A stretch of DNA of 61,598 nucleotides, filler included, from Sphacelaria rigidula (lineage: Eukaryota), in NCBI GenBank assembly GCA_964200075.2. It is 11 parts of 11 records of this genome, joined end to end, with 100 filler letters (N's around TTAATTAATTAA, not from the genome) between each part and the next. Parts side by side here need not be neighbours in the genome. Positions count along the whole stretch, not along the records: positions 1 to 5,510 come from CAXNAA020026746.1; positions 5,611 to 11,120 come from CAXNAA020026747.1; 9 more parts are not named here. The stretch is one strand, 5' to 3'. The notes under the pieces were generated by a model, which saw only the letters and a list, made by a program, of their open reading frames with translations, did no database searches and was not told the origin of the DNA. A program made the translations under genes and the position numbers. Position 1 is the first letter of the stretch; each line of letters begins with the position of its first letter. Shown here one piece after another: positions 1-11,087 of this stretch.

Positions 1-240
1 CGTGCGATTCGAATCAATTATACTAAAACCAAGTAATTTCCAGACGAATCATTATTCGTCCGACCCTTGTACTATTCATTATTGGACAAAAAAATGACGG
101 GTTGGTGTGTCAACTCCTGATGTCCAGTCTTTAGGGGTGGAGTGTGCTTTTTGCCTCCCTGTCCTCGGCTGGTCTTGATTAACGTGAGGCCAATGAGAAA
201 GTCACACACAGGAGCAGACTTCGCTGCTGAGACCACTCAC

Positions 241-346
241 CCTTGTAACAGCACTCGTACTTGTCGCACTTGCCGCGGCATTTCCTCCAGTAGTCGTTGA
301 TGGGCGTCCAGTCCGAAGGGCAGTAAAAGTGCCTGCATTTGTCCCG
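241..346 (-). CDS. Secreted Cys-rich precursor, exon 3 (RDKCRHFYCPSDWTPINDYWRKCRGKCDKYECCYK); gene continues past the contig start
   Basis: tttcag acceptor at 347 and GTGAGT donor at 240; phase 0 start matches exon 2; six Cys spaced C-x4-C-x13-C-x3-C-x4-CC. Confidence 0.85.
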
Positions 347-635
347 CTGAAATTTCGCGAGATCGTGGACGATGGGGGAGCATCCATTCATCTGCCTGGT
401 TTACATGGCTCTATAGTGAGGACTAGGACTTCTGCGTTCATGCTTTTCTGCTTGCCCAAACGTGTACTTTCGCCATCCAGCCGACGCGTCATTTTATTTC
501 CAGTGTGTGATTGTTGCTTGCTGCATGCAGCTATTTCGTCAGAGCCGGACTCGCACGCCCTGTCTCTTCTACCTCGCACCCGAAAACCCGGTACTACCCT
601 ACTACTGTAGTACACGCGATACATCAAGTCATCAC

Positions 636-736
636 CTTCCCCCCCCTCCGGCGACGGTGGCGGCGGCGAAGTCCGCGGTGCTCCACGGGCTCAGCCAGAT
701 CAACGTTGTCCTGGGTAGTCAGCCCTTGTTCGACAG
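636..736 (-). CDS. Secreted Cys-rich precursor, exon 2 (acidic pro-region plus polybasic tract, VEQGLTTQDNVDLAEPVEHRGLRRRHRRRRGGK)
   Basis: ctgcag acceptor and GTGATG donor; 101 nt, phase 1 to phase 0, consistent with both neighbouring exons. Confidence 0.8.
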
Positions 737-1378
737 CTGCAGGGTCAAACCATCGCGGAAAAATTAGCCACAGCAGCGTTCGTTGATATAATATGTTGAA
801 GGCGGTGAGCAAAACCACAAATACGAAATCCTCCGATGCACCAAACAAGTACAACATATATACAGCGTTATGGTGCCTACTACATGATGAGGCGGTTGAT
901 GCAACAAGGAAGAAGCGGAGAAATACAGGTGTCGCACCTCTCCCAATAGATTTCGTCCAACACAAGGCAACGAGAGCACTATTATTTACGACGTGGTGCT
1001 AAATGCAACATTCGAAGGCGGTTCGAATTATGGGCGTGGGTTTTCTCGGAAAAAATGCAGCAGATAGATCACGCGGTCGGCCTCGCTGGATTCTTCTCGC
1101 CGAGTTCGAAGGCTTCATGCGCTCACGGAACGTCCCGTGGGCTGGCATTAATCTACCATGAAATCCAAGGTGATTTCAACCACCTTGCCCTACGCACGGG
1201 TTCCGTCGACTAATTTGATGAAGCAACAGGGTAAATTCTGAATTTTTCAACCTGGCGAACAATTGCACGGGGGAAATAACACGTCAGTAGGTAGGGGGGG
1301 ACATCGGCTCATCGATCTTAGACTATCCCTCCAGACCCGCTCACATTTCAAGCGGGTGGGACCTCACCAACAAATTAT

Positions 1379-1558
1379 CCCTCAGACCGCGAGGTTAGTC
1401 TTCTGTTGGATCGGAATTAATTTCAAGTGAAAAAAAAGTATGCATGATCCAGAAAGATGACCCTTAGACCGCGAGATTAGTCTTTCTGGATCGTGCATAC
1501 TTTTTTTCACTTAGAATTGATGCCGATTCAACAGAAGACTAACCTCGCGGTCCAAGGG
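1379..1558. mobile_element. Inverted dimer of a ~100-bp piggyBac-type MITE
   Basis: Monomer 1461-1558 has TIRs CCCTTAGACCGCGAG...CTCGCGGTCCAAGGG followed by TTAA; 1379-1457 is a truncated inverted copy. Confidence 0.7.
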
Positions 1559-1689
1559 TTAAAACAGGTACATGCACAGTGTGATGACCAAAATCAACTA
1601 CACGAAATCTTTGGGTGTTTTCATAGGCTTACTTTTTCACCTGGGACGGGTGACCAGCTCCAAATATATGATTTCGAATAAGAGCAACA

Positions 1690-1800
1690 CTGACCCTAAC
1701 CCTAAACCCTAACCCCAACGGAGGCATACTGAGAACCTCGGGCAAGGGGGATTCAAAGTGTTCCCTGCGCAAAGTGTGCGTTGTCAGACCTCAAATTAGC
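1690..1800 (+). repeat. Dispersed repeat containing short telomere-like CCCTAA units
   Basis: ccctaaccctaaaccctaacccc...gcatactgagaacctcgggcaaggg; similar to 3205-3420, 35575-35780 and 46405-46625. Confidence 0.65.
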
Positions 1801-2294
1801 CTAAATACGGGAGCAAACGATCAGGTTGATCCATCATACACCTCACAAAAGGTTGAATCGCGTGAATTCGTGATGGAGTGTATACAACGAGTATTTACAT
1901 CGGCGCGAATACCCGGAAATGTATTGCTTAAGCTAATCGGGCAGCATTCCTGGTGAACCTGTGTGCGATGATGGATTACGAACAGGTTCCCGTGTCAGAT
2001 TCAGAAATGATGCCTCGTGAGCGTTGAACTGGATTTCCCGCCCGTTCGTGATTTCAACGCGGCCAACGCGGCCACTCCCAGATGCTGCTTAACCCTCACG
2101 CAAAACATGGGATACTCGCGGCGTAATGCAGAGTTAGACACCACGATCCGCGCAGTACTAACAGTTCAACTTCCACCGAAGGGCATGTACTCTCACATCC
2201 TCACACCGCCACAACCGTAGCGACATCATCCGCCGGCAACACTGGAGTATACCTGACGCAGGAAATCATACTTCAAGGATCAACACTTTCTCAC

Positions 2295-2373
2295 CTTCTG
2301 GTGCTGCCGATGCGAAGCCCAGCAACATGAGCGCCACGATCTGTGCTACCAGCATGATCTTTTTGCTGATCAT
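2295..2373 (-). CDS. Secreted Cys-rich precursor, exon 1 (signal peptide MISKKIMLVAQIVALMLLGFASA-APE)
   Basis: ATG in aatcATG context; basic n-region, hydrophobic h-region and ASA cleavage motif; GTGAG donor at 2294, phase 1. Confidence 0.85.
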
Positions 2374-2906
2374 GATTGATTTGAGGCTTCGAACAGATGA
2401 AGTCGGAGTGAAAAGGATTGGCCGTCAGGTAAAGTGCCAGAATCCAACTGCGGAGATGAGTGAGAGCCCGGGGGGAGGAAGCAGGGGTTGCTGTCATCAG
2501 CCAATGTAGATGGGCATTAGCCGCGGCTGGTGTGAACACGCCGCCTTCCTACATATTACACCGCCTCATCTCCGCGCCTCGCACATTTCGCGCCTCTTCA
2601 CACAACAGGTGAGCTCACGATCGCACCGTCGCCCCAGTCCCCGGTCTCCCAGTCGGACCTCTAACAGACCTTACCGAATAAATGGTCGGAGACAATGTAA
2701 AGATGCAGCGGTAAAGATGTAACCGCCGACAGATATATGCCGGGCAGAAGGAAAAAGTGACACAAACCAAACTTTCAAATGCAAGCTGGGGTCCATGCAC
2801 AACCCTCCGGAACACCGTCGCACCTGTACGATAATAGAGGTGCAGTATCTCAAACTCGAGGTTACCAATATATTCAACCGGAAGTTTATATATTATTGCT
2901 GCTGAT

Positions 2907-3008
2907 CCCTTGACGGCGAGGGTAGGCCATCTGGGTCATGCTGTATTTGTTCAGATTAATTCAAATTAATAACGATTCAACACATGAACTATGCTCGCCG
3001 TCAAACGG
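2907..3008. mobile_element. ~100-bp piggyBac-type MITE copy
   Basis: cccttgacggcgag...ctcgccgtcaaacgg TIRs; internal similarity to 1461-1558. Confidence 0.6.
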
Positions 3009-3204
3009 TGAAATATATCGGGAATCTCGCCTTTGAGATATCTTTAATGATCAACCGTTGCCAAACGCCATCGAGCAAAAAAACGAAGAAAATAGCCGAC
3101 CTTTTGTTTCAGAATCATTGGGTGATACGATTATTCCGAGGTCTGCCCGAGGTCTATCTACCAAACGGTCGGAAACTATGGTTGGTGCGATACATGAGAT
3201 GCCG

Positions 3205-3420
3205 CCAACCCTAATGCTAGCTAACCCCGACCGGAGGTGGGCATATGGGGGGTGCAGAGGGCATCCAAGGCAAACTGCGCGCTGGCAGACCTCAAACCGG
3301 CGCCAGCGGCGACGATCTTGGACAAAAGCATATTTTTTTGGACGAGCTAGGAGCACTTGGGGCTGTCAGCCCCTCTAAAGTTCTGAATTGCATTGTTCGC
3401 TCGAAAATCAAGTAACAATA
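3205..3420 (+). repeat. CCCTAA-family dispersed repeat, diverged copy
   Basis: Shares cagacctcaaa and ggagcac...ctgtcagcccctctaaagttc with 46405-46625 and 35575-35780. Confidence 0.55.
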
Positions 3421-4748
3421 CTTGTTTCCGACTTTTTGTAAATAATGTGGTAAACAGCCCTGTAAGGGACCAAGCGAGGCACCTCGAGGCCTCGTTGTGG
3501 TCCATCGTATTTCTTGCTGGATGGCATTCAACTTGCCGGGTGCTTTGCGGTTCTTCTTCGGTCTGAGCCCAGAGCTACCGGAGCAGGGTATATGATTGTG
3601 CCAATTGGAGGTACGGTTCGTTGTGGAAACAATGGCAAAAGCAGCAGCAGCCTGGAACAAATGGGAAAACACGTTTGCCGTGTTTTTTTCTTCTCGGACA
3701 GCCCGTGATTCCCCCGGTGAAACCAGTATGGTCGTAAAATGGCCTACAGCTCCGCGCAAGAACAAACACATCACACAGCAGGGGAAACGCTAAAATAACA
3801 TTATCATAATAAAGTTCGACTGTTTCATGTCCTTCTTGGTGACCAACCGGATGCAACAGGGTTCACCAGATAGTCGGGAAAAAATGTTCAAGATATATTA
3901 TTATACTGTTTTTAGTATTGCCCAGTGCGCTGGATCTCACCAAGTTTCAGGCCCAGCAGTGAAGATGAAATCGCCAACAGGTGTCCCCCCGACAGGAGAA
4001 AAAATCGATAACAACTAAAGCAAAGATGAACTGTGTAGCGAGTACTTTGATAGTACCGTACACCGCACCGTGGCAGGCTCCCTGCATTTGCTAGTGCGAC
4101 CCCGCCCATCTTCTTCTACTTGGTATGTCTTGCACACGCACAAAATGCCATGCATACTCACCAGGTTTTTTATGGCGACCACGAAGCAGTTTGAAAACAC
4201 CACTGTACTCGGGTCGTACATGATTTGAGACGTGAGATACCACCCCGGTAACGGTCAGCGAATTAGGAATGTGCAACGAAATGCAAATGTAAATTTCTCC
4301 GGACGCGGCACCCGTGTGTTGGCAGTCACACTCTAGACGTCGATGCATAGATACAATATGAAGCATATGCCCGCACGGTCGATTGACTAGTAATGTATAC
4401 AGTACAGACAGTACCACTACCACAGCCGTACAGAGGCGCCTTTACCGTTTTGTCGTAGTTATTATACTGTGTACAGGGAACTGTTTTATTTAGAGTATGA
4501 TAATACATTATGATGCAAACGGAAGATAATATACTATGTTCAGGGTTTCAGGCGCGGAAGATGTAGCCCTGGTTGTAAGGTGACAATATCCAAGCGAGGG
4601 TGGCTCGGCTGGAGCAACCGCCGACGCGCCTGTCTTTGTTCGAGTGTGGCCATCGAGGGAAAGATTTCACAAAAGTACCCATATAGTTCAGACCCAACGT
4701 AGACAAGATATCTTGGCAGCACGATATCTTGGCAGCACGCAATCTACA

Positions 4749-5160
4749 GCTGTACTACTACCGAACGGCAGTAGCACGAGTCGGCCCGCAAGGCGCCGGC
4801 GCCCCGCCCGGCCGTGTACCGAGGGAACAGGTAGCACGTCACCGTGCAGTACTGTAGGAGTAGCCTGATACGGGACTTGTACCACCATGAAGTATGTCGC
4901 ATACGCAAGGTGCATGCCTCAATGTACAAGATGTGCGTTGAACAGAACGCCGGTGTACAACTGCAGAACGGCAATAGCACGGCTCGGCCCGAGAGGCGCC
5001 GGCGGCCCGCCCGGCCGTGCACCCAGAAAACAGGCAGGACACCACCGTGCAGTACTGTAGGAGTAGCCTGATACGGGACTTGTACCACCATGCTGTATGT
5101 TGTATACACAAGGAGAATGCCTTGATGCACAACAAGTGCATTGCACAGAATGCCGGTCGC
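4749..5160. repeat. Tandem duplication, ~203-bp unit x2
   Basis: caccgtgcagtactgtaggagtagcctgatacgggacttgtaccaccatg occurs at 4840 and 5043; the flanks align with substitutions. Confidence 0.9.
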
Positions 5161-5510
5161 AACAAGAGATAGGATTACCATATATATCCCAAGAGCCCCC
5201 ACCAACTAAACCCCAAGAGCCGTGCCCCCCTCAGCAACAGAAGTCGGAAAATTGAAAACCCTCATTTTCTTCATGGCGATTCTTCTCGTGGTTCCACTGG
5301 CGTAGATGAGAGGGACGGGGGGCTGCGACCCCTGCGCTATTTTCATGGGGGCCCTTTTATATCCCAATACCTTCCTTGGGTTCCACCCCGCCCGATGTTG
5401 TTCATTATACTACTTTCAGATATATACATATTAATAGTAGTATATATACAGTACCGGCCCGCTAGTAAGAAACGTGTCAGTAAGAAAATCAGCCTCAAAT
5501 TTTAGACAAA

Positions 5511-5610
5511 NNNNNNNNNNNNNNNNNNNNNNNNNNNNNNNNNNNNNNNNNNNNTTAATTAATTAANNNNNNNNNNNNNNNNNNNNNNNNNNNNNNNNNN
5601 NNNNNNNNNN
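5511..5610. other. Artificial contig linker (N44-TTAATTAATTAA-N44); also at 11121-11220, 16730-16829, 22339-22438, 27948-28047, 33557-33656, 39166-39265, 44775-44874, 50383-50482 and 55991-56090
   Basis: Identical 100-bp spacer with stop codons in all six frames, separating contigs of monotonically non-increasing length. Confidence 0.98.
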
Positions 5611-5665
5611 GGTGGGTCCTCTTTAGCTCGCGGCAGTCCCCCCCCCCCCCCTCCGTTTTAAAGCT

Positions 5666-5742
5666 GATTTCGAGAAACGGGGGGGTGTACTCATGATCAT
5701 GCTTGCCATAGTCATGAGTACACCCCCCCGTTTCTCGAAATC
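5666..5742. repeat. Perfect 31-bp inverted repeat with a 15-nt loop
   Basis: GATTTCGAGAAACGGGGGGGTGTACTCATGA / TCATGAGTACACCCCCCCGTTTCTCGAAATC. Confidence 0.95.
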
Positions 5743-6849
5743 GGGGGGAAGGGGGGTTCCGTGTACTTTCCTTGAACTGTGATCATGTACGATACGTACA
5801 GGCCGATTGAAAGAGGAAAAAAAACCTTGTAGTCGGCAGACGTTCCCCACGTCGTCATCAAGTGATCCTGAAGCCGCTTTATGTTTGTAGTCTTACTGAA
5901 TTTTGACGGGATTTACCGGTTTCTTGGGGTTTTTGGCGATATCCACCGACTCGGTTGGGATCCCGAGAAACCGGTGAATTCGACTAAAACGTGCAAATCT
6001 CGAGCACCAGTTACCTCAGGCTTACCTTCAGGAACACGCTGTGAAACTTTGAACGTTTGTACCCTAGCTTTTGAAATCGACGTGGGCGATGGTGCAAACG
6101 TGAAATTTGAATTAGTGTTACGCCTAGTTGAGTGTCACGTTTTCACCGCCACCCCCAAAACGCGACTTGGTGAAGTGAAGTAAGTCGAAAGGGCAGAAGA
6201 ATGACAACTATGCTGATGCACAGCTGTAGTACGTATCCTACACTACCCCTCCGTCGAAGTCCGGTTCAACTGCATCCGGTACAGCACACGGACGATCGAC
6301 GGATAACCGGGAAAAAGGCCTCGGAAATCTGTACAAGCCCACAAGCCATTTTCCAATATGGCCGACCTACACGCGATCGCAGATAACTCGTGCTGCACGA
6401 CTGGCAGCCCGCTGAAACTGAAGAGGCGAGTAGTAATTGCTAGTAGCCATCGTTCAACATCCAACTCGCGCTAATTAGTTCTTGGGATTGTGCTGGAATC
6501 GCGAAAGATGAACCTTACTATACATCAAGACTTTCATCCACGGCAAGGATACGCGCAGCCGTAACGTCGAGGGCTGATAGAGATGCATCTTAGCTACACA
6601 GAGCAATTCTATTTGTCTTTGCAGCTGCTGTGTGTATTGAGATATTGCCATCTCGGTGGGGGGTGTTGGGACACTTGAGATGCGGTGGAAAAGCGCATCA
6701 GATACTCCTGAGTACAAAGAAATTCGGTATCCAAAAGGAGCCGGCGGCAATTGCGCCGCGTTTATTTGTGTAATTGTGTTCGTAGTCGCGAATATATTTT
6801 CCCACCCTCTTTCATGGAAACAATAGCGTTGCCCGTCAGCAGAGAAGAT

Positions 6850-7915
6850 AGTTCAAGCAGGTGCATGCCGTTATAGCTGCGGTGGCGCGCGAGGTCGCTG
6901 CCCAAAACATAGCGTGTAAACACAAGCATACTGTCGACAGCGACGCCGGGACCCCTCCGCGTCCAAGATCAGTTCCCATGGCAAACAAACAACGCAAAAA
7001 AATACTGTACGAGCTGAGCCAGCTGACAGTGATTTGCGAATGTATCCGGGCCGAGTGGTGGGTAACCCGAAGCGTTGGGCGCTGAAATATTGACACAATA
7101 TTTCTGTCATCACAACGCACAACCTTCCCGGGGATGCCACCAAAAATATATATATTTATATATGTACTTCAAGCGATTTACAGTTTCTCACAAAACTAGA
7201 AAACGCTGTTAAAGGCCGCTTCGACTGAAACAAAAATCTGTCTGAGAACTGCCCTTTTGAACCTTTCACCTCGGAGTATTGGTGGAATACGGGCCTTGGC
7301 GGATTTGGCCCCCTCGGAAAGATTTGCTATATTTTCCCCGAGGATTACAGCGCGCTTGTCCGATCTTTCAAACTCCCAGTTTTACTCGTGTCCGGATTCT
7401 GGAATTTTACAGTCGCCGCGAAAATTGTCCACTTGTCGGGTTAAAAACGTAGTGTTTGTCCCGACAGTTCGAAGTTTTTTCATGTGACTGAAAAAATCCA
7501 AATTCCGGCCAAGAGTAAAACTGGGAGTACGAAATATCGAACAAGCGTGCTGGAACCCTCGAAAAAAATAGAGCAAATCTTTCCGAGGGGGCCAAATCAG
7601 CCAAGGCCCGTATTCCGCCAATAATCCGTGATGAAAGGTTCAAAAGGGCAGTTCTCGGACATTTGTTTTTTCAGTCTCTGAGAAGGGGCCTAACCCCGTG
7701 AAAAAAAATGAATGTGTGGACATCGCTACTATGGTTGTGCGTCCTTCAGTGGAGGAGATCCTGGTGCAATTGCGGCCAAAACTTCCAGAATTCTGGCGCA
7801 GCATCCAACTTTTCGTGTGGCACGGCTGCGCTCCTTTAACCCAAGCGCTGCAGTTGACTCCAATTATGGAGGTCATGAGTTCGAATCCCGACGGATGCCC
7901 TTTTATTTATTCCGT
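6850..7915 (+). repeat. Dispersed repeat ending in a tRNA-like domain (7828-7900), interrupted by the foldback MITE at 7213-7690
   Basis: 6850-7212 plus 7691-7915 aligns with the reverse complement of 44975-45470; B-box-like GAGTTCGAATCCC followed by a T-rich tract. Confidence 0.7.
7213..7690. mobile_element. Foldback MITE (~480 bp, ~200-bp imperfect arms), PIF/Harbinger-like
   Basis: gagaactgcccttttgaacctttc.../...gaaaggttcaaaagggcagttctc inverted arms; GGCC termini; inserted at a TAA that is single in the paralog in contig 9. Confidence 0.8.
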
Positions 7916-9035
7916 CGGTTAGGTGATGCATTATGCAATACATTTTTTCATTTTTTTTCATTCAGCGGCGGCCCCGTGCGTTACCAAGTTTGTCGGCAGG
8001 TCATAGCGATATGCTGAAGGCGGTCTGATTTCGAAAACTAGATAGGTTACGGTGTAAAAGGCAAATCGGGATTTACTGCTCGCCCAGCCCGTAGCACTAT
8101 TATTTTGTTCGTCTCTATCATATTGCGTCCGAAAGGGAGGTAGGAGGGTATCGACGGTTTCTAATGGCTTCCTGTACTCGTGGGAAAAAAACTCGAGGAT
8201 GCCTTGGTTTTTTCTGGTCGTGGCAGATTTCTGTGTTTTACATACACACTCTTCTGCCAAGATGGTCAATTCCGGTGGAATAATCCGTGTCACGTTCGCA
8301 TTTTTCGGTAGTCGCAAATTTGTTTCCACTTGACTACCACTTTTGATCAACAACAGTCGACACGAGGCGATAACTGTCATGGATTTCTACACCTGACCAC
8401 TACTTTATTCTAAACTCGACTGACGTTCATAGTTCTTAAACGAACGTACAACTGCGGCAAGACAAATAAGGTACAAGCACCCGAATACGTTCATATGACG
8501 TGATAGATTTTCCACAGATAACCGCGAGGCAAACCGAGGGGGCAACATCCGCCCAGCCATCACTTGCACCCAAAACGATGAAGGAAAAGAAAAAACGTCG
8601 TTCAACCTGTTGTGTTTGCCATGATGAGCGGTTTTCATGAAACGTTGCGAAATCGACACGATGTGTGATGCGCAAGACACGTGGTGACACTACCCGTCGT
8701 TCTCGTGCAGTATCGACGACATCGGCGAGAGTGTGGCGAAGAAAATCACCCCATGTTTTTCGCCCGACCGTTCAACATAATAGTGATACGAACGATTCCC
8801 GGCAGTTGTGTCCTGGCACGAACGCCATAGCGTCGAGACGCGAGCGTTGGCAGTGCTGCACGGTAAACCAAAAGGTTCACTGGCATACGATGGTGCTGTT
8901 GAGGTCAGTCGTCTGCCGTTGAAACACTCACTTGATTGACTGGCGGGCGTAGCCAGATCACCCCTAATACACTTTTGCACCCCACCGTGCACCGCACATG
9001 CACGAACCATGATCGCCATGTACCTGAGACACGGC

Positions 9036-10064
9036 TCATGACTGCAGCCTGGAAAAAAAACATCCTCGAGTTGTACAGAACCGTTTGCGCAATATATCTA
9101 CAGGAAAGAACGGCCCCAAAATTCTCCACAGACTGAAATCAGAACGCGAAATCTTCCCCATTGTCGTCGCCCGCTTCCGATGCCGAGTCCTCTCTCTCGG
9201 ACCCGCTGCATTCTGAATCCGAATCTCTGATCCAGATCCCGGCTGCAGAGTTCGACTTGTGTCCGGCGACCCGAGTGGAGGCTCCAGTGATGCGTTGCAT
9301 AGGGAAACGGGTGTCGTAGCCACCTGAGGAGAATGTAATGCCTTGAGCGCGTGTTCCTTTGTTCGGTCCCGGTGCTGCTATACAGCCTCCTCCTGCTCAG
9401 CCCATATTCCCCATGCGCTACTCACATCTGGGTGGTTGATCATGTCTCCCTTCCGTCTTGACGCCAAGACGTGGGCATGCGAAGGTGTGCCTCTACCAGA
9501 CCCAGGCGGGGCACGCCTTTTATTTGTCTTGGAAGGTGGAGTAGAAGTCCCCACCTCACAGGGTATCTAGCCGGTAGTTTCTCGGCCTTCGCGAGTTGGG
9601 GTGCCCACTTCGTGGCAGATTGTCGTCGGCGCAGTGGATGCCGATAGCTCCCGTGAGTTCACCTCCGCCGTGCAGGTACTAGAGACTGTGTGCGTCGTGT
9701 GTTCCCTCGGCGTTCGACTCTCTACTCCTTCACTCTGCGAGCTTCGCCGGTCGTCGCCCCCACCCAACGCCCCCTCGGTTTGCATGGGTACACCATCGAC
9801 CACCGCGCCAGGCGCCCCAGAGTCATAGAAAAGAGCGATTTCCCTGTGCTTTCCATACGATTGGGGACTGGGCTCATCTCCTACTGCGGATTCGTCGCCG
9901 AGGTGGCCGCCAGCAATAGCCCTTATATTTGACATCGGCAGTGCGGATTCTACGCGTGTCGGCCGACAACTTCGGTCGACCACAGTTGTGGCATGTGCCG
10001 GGTGCGATGGGGTGCGATGGCAGCAGACGGCACGCAGGTTTTTCATTACCTGCCCGCACGACAT
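9036..10064 (-). pseudogene. 343-codon S/T/P/G-rich frame broken by two TAG codons; probable decayed TE ORF or unrecognised exons
   Basis: ORFs 9567-10064 and 9036-9323 are in the same frame; the only internal stops are TAG at 9567-9569 and 9378-9380; no recognisable domain. Confidence 0.4.
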
Positions 10065-11050
10065 GCAACAAAGCGTATGTGTGCAATAACTTAGTTCTGC
10101 GCAATATTTAACGTTTCAACAGTCAGAGTGGGGAGTTCTCGCGCACACATGTATATACAAGTATGTATATATATATATATTACCCACGCATGCTCACGCC
10201 CTGCGTTTGGTTCGAAAGCCTCGGTCATCACCTGAAAGAGAGTAATAAAGCGTGTGTGATCATCAGCTTCGATAGCTCGCAGGGTTACTACAATAGTGAG
10301 TTGAAAATGCTCTTACCTCGGGATCGGTCCTGGTGTCGAATGTGACGGTCGTACTGCCCCGGACGTTGCATCCCATGAGTTAGCCCTGGATATCCTCCAC
10401 ATCTGCCGCCGGTGTATGTAGAGGGGAGGTGGTCGGGTGGGGAGTTGAACACCAACACTTCTGTTCGAGTGTGTCATCTACCCTGCCATTCTCATGTTGT
10501 CGCCTCCCGTGGCGACGGAGGTAAATGTTCTCTGTCGTATGTAGCGGTCGCGGGCGTTCTATCGTGATACCGAACTACAATTACAAGTGAGAAGTCCAAT
10601 TCTATGTCCATGTCGACGCCGGAAATCTCGATCCACGCTAGACGTTGGGTACTTGATTCCGGGTGTCAAGTCACCAACTTGAACTCCTTCTCCTGCTCGG
10701 GACAGACCAGACACTAAGAGCGAGTTGTACACTCACACATGTACAACGCGAGCCGTGGGTTTATTACAGCTCCGCTGTTTCCAGGAAGTGATGTAGGTAC
10801 GTCTTCATCACATTGCGATATACACACTTGTACTACCTATCGTATTTTTTCAAACAGGCAATTTTTTTAAGTGAGGCCGTGCGATGAAATGAGGTTCAAG
10901 CCCAAAACAGCGCTTTCCCCACACTTTCAGAGATGGTGCCCGATGACTTTTTGCCGGCCGAATGCCCTCCGATCGCGTAGATACTTCTGCGCATTTTACC
11001 TCCTCTGTGGGCTTACAGCGCTGACCGACACCGTCGTTTCCCCTGATATC

Positions 11051-11087
<37 letters not shown>

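Noticed and set aside
1694..1717. Telomere
   Set aside because: Only about three imperfect CCCTAA units, inside an intron and part of a dispersed repeat
5555..5566. TTAATTAATTAA recurring every ~5.6 kb as a biological signal
   Set aside because: Always embedded in N-runs; it is a six-frame stop linker added during concatenation
10120..10850. LTR upstream of the 9036-10064 frame
   Set aside because: No second copy, PBS or clear TG..CA boundaries visible
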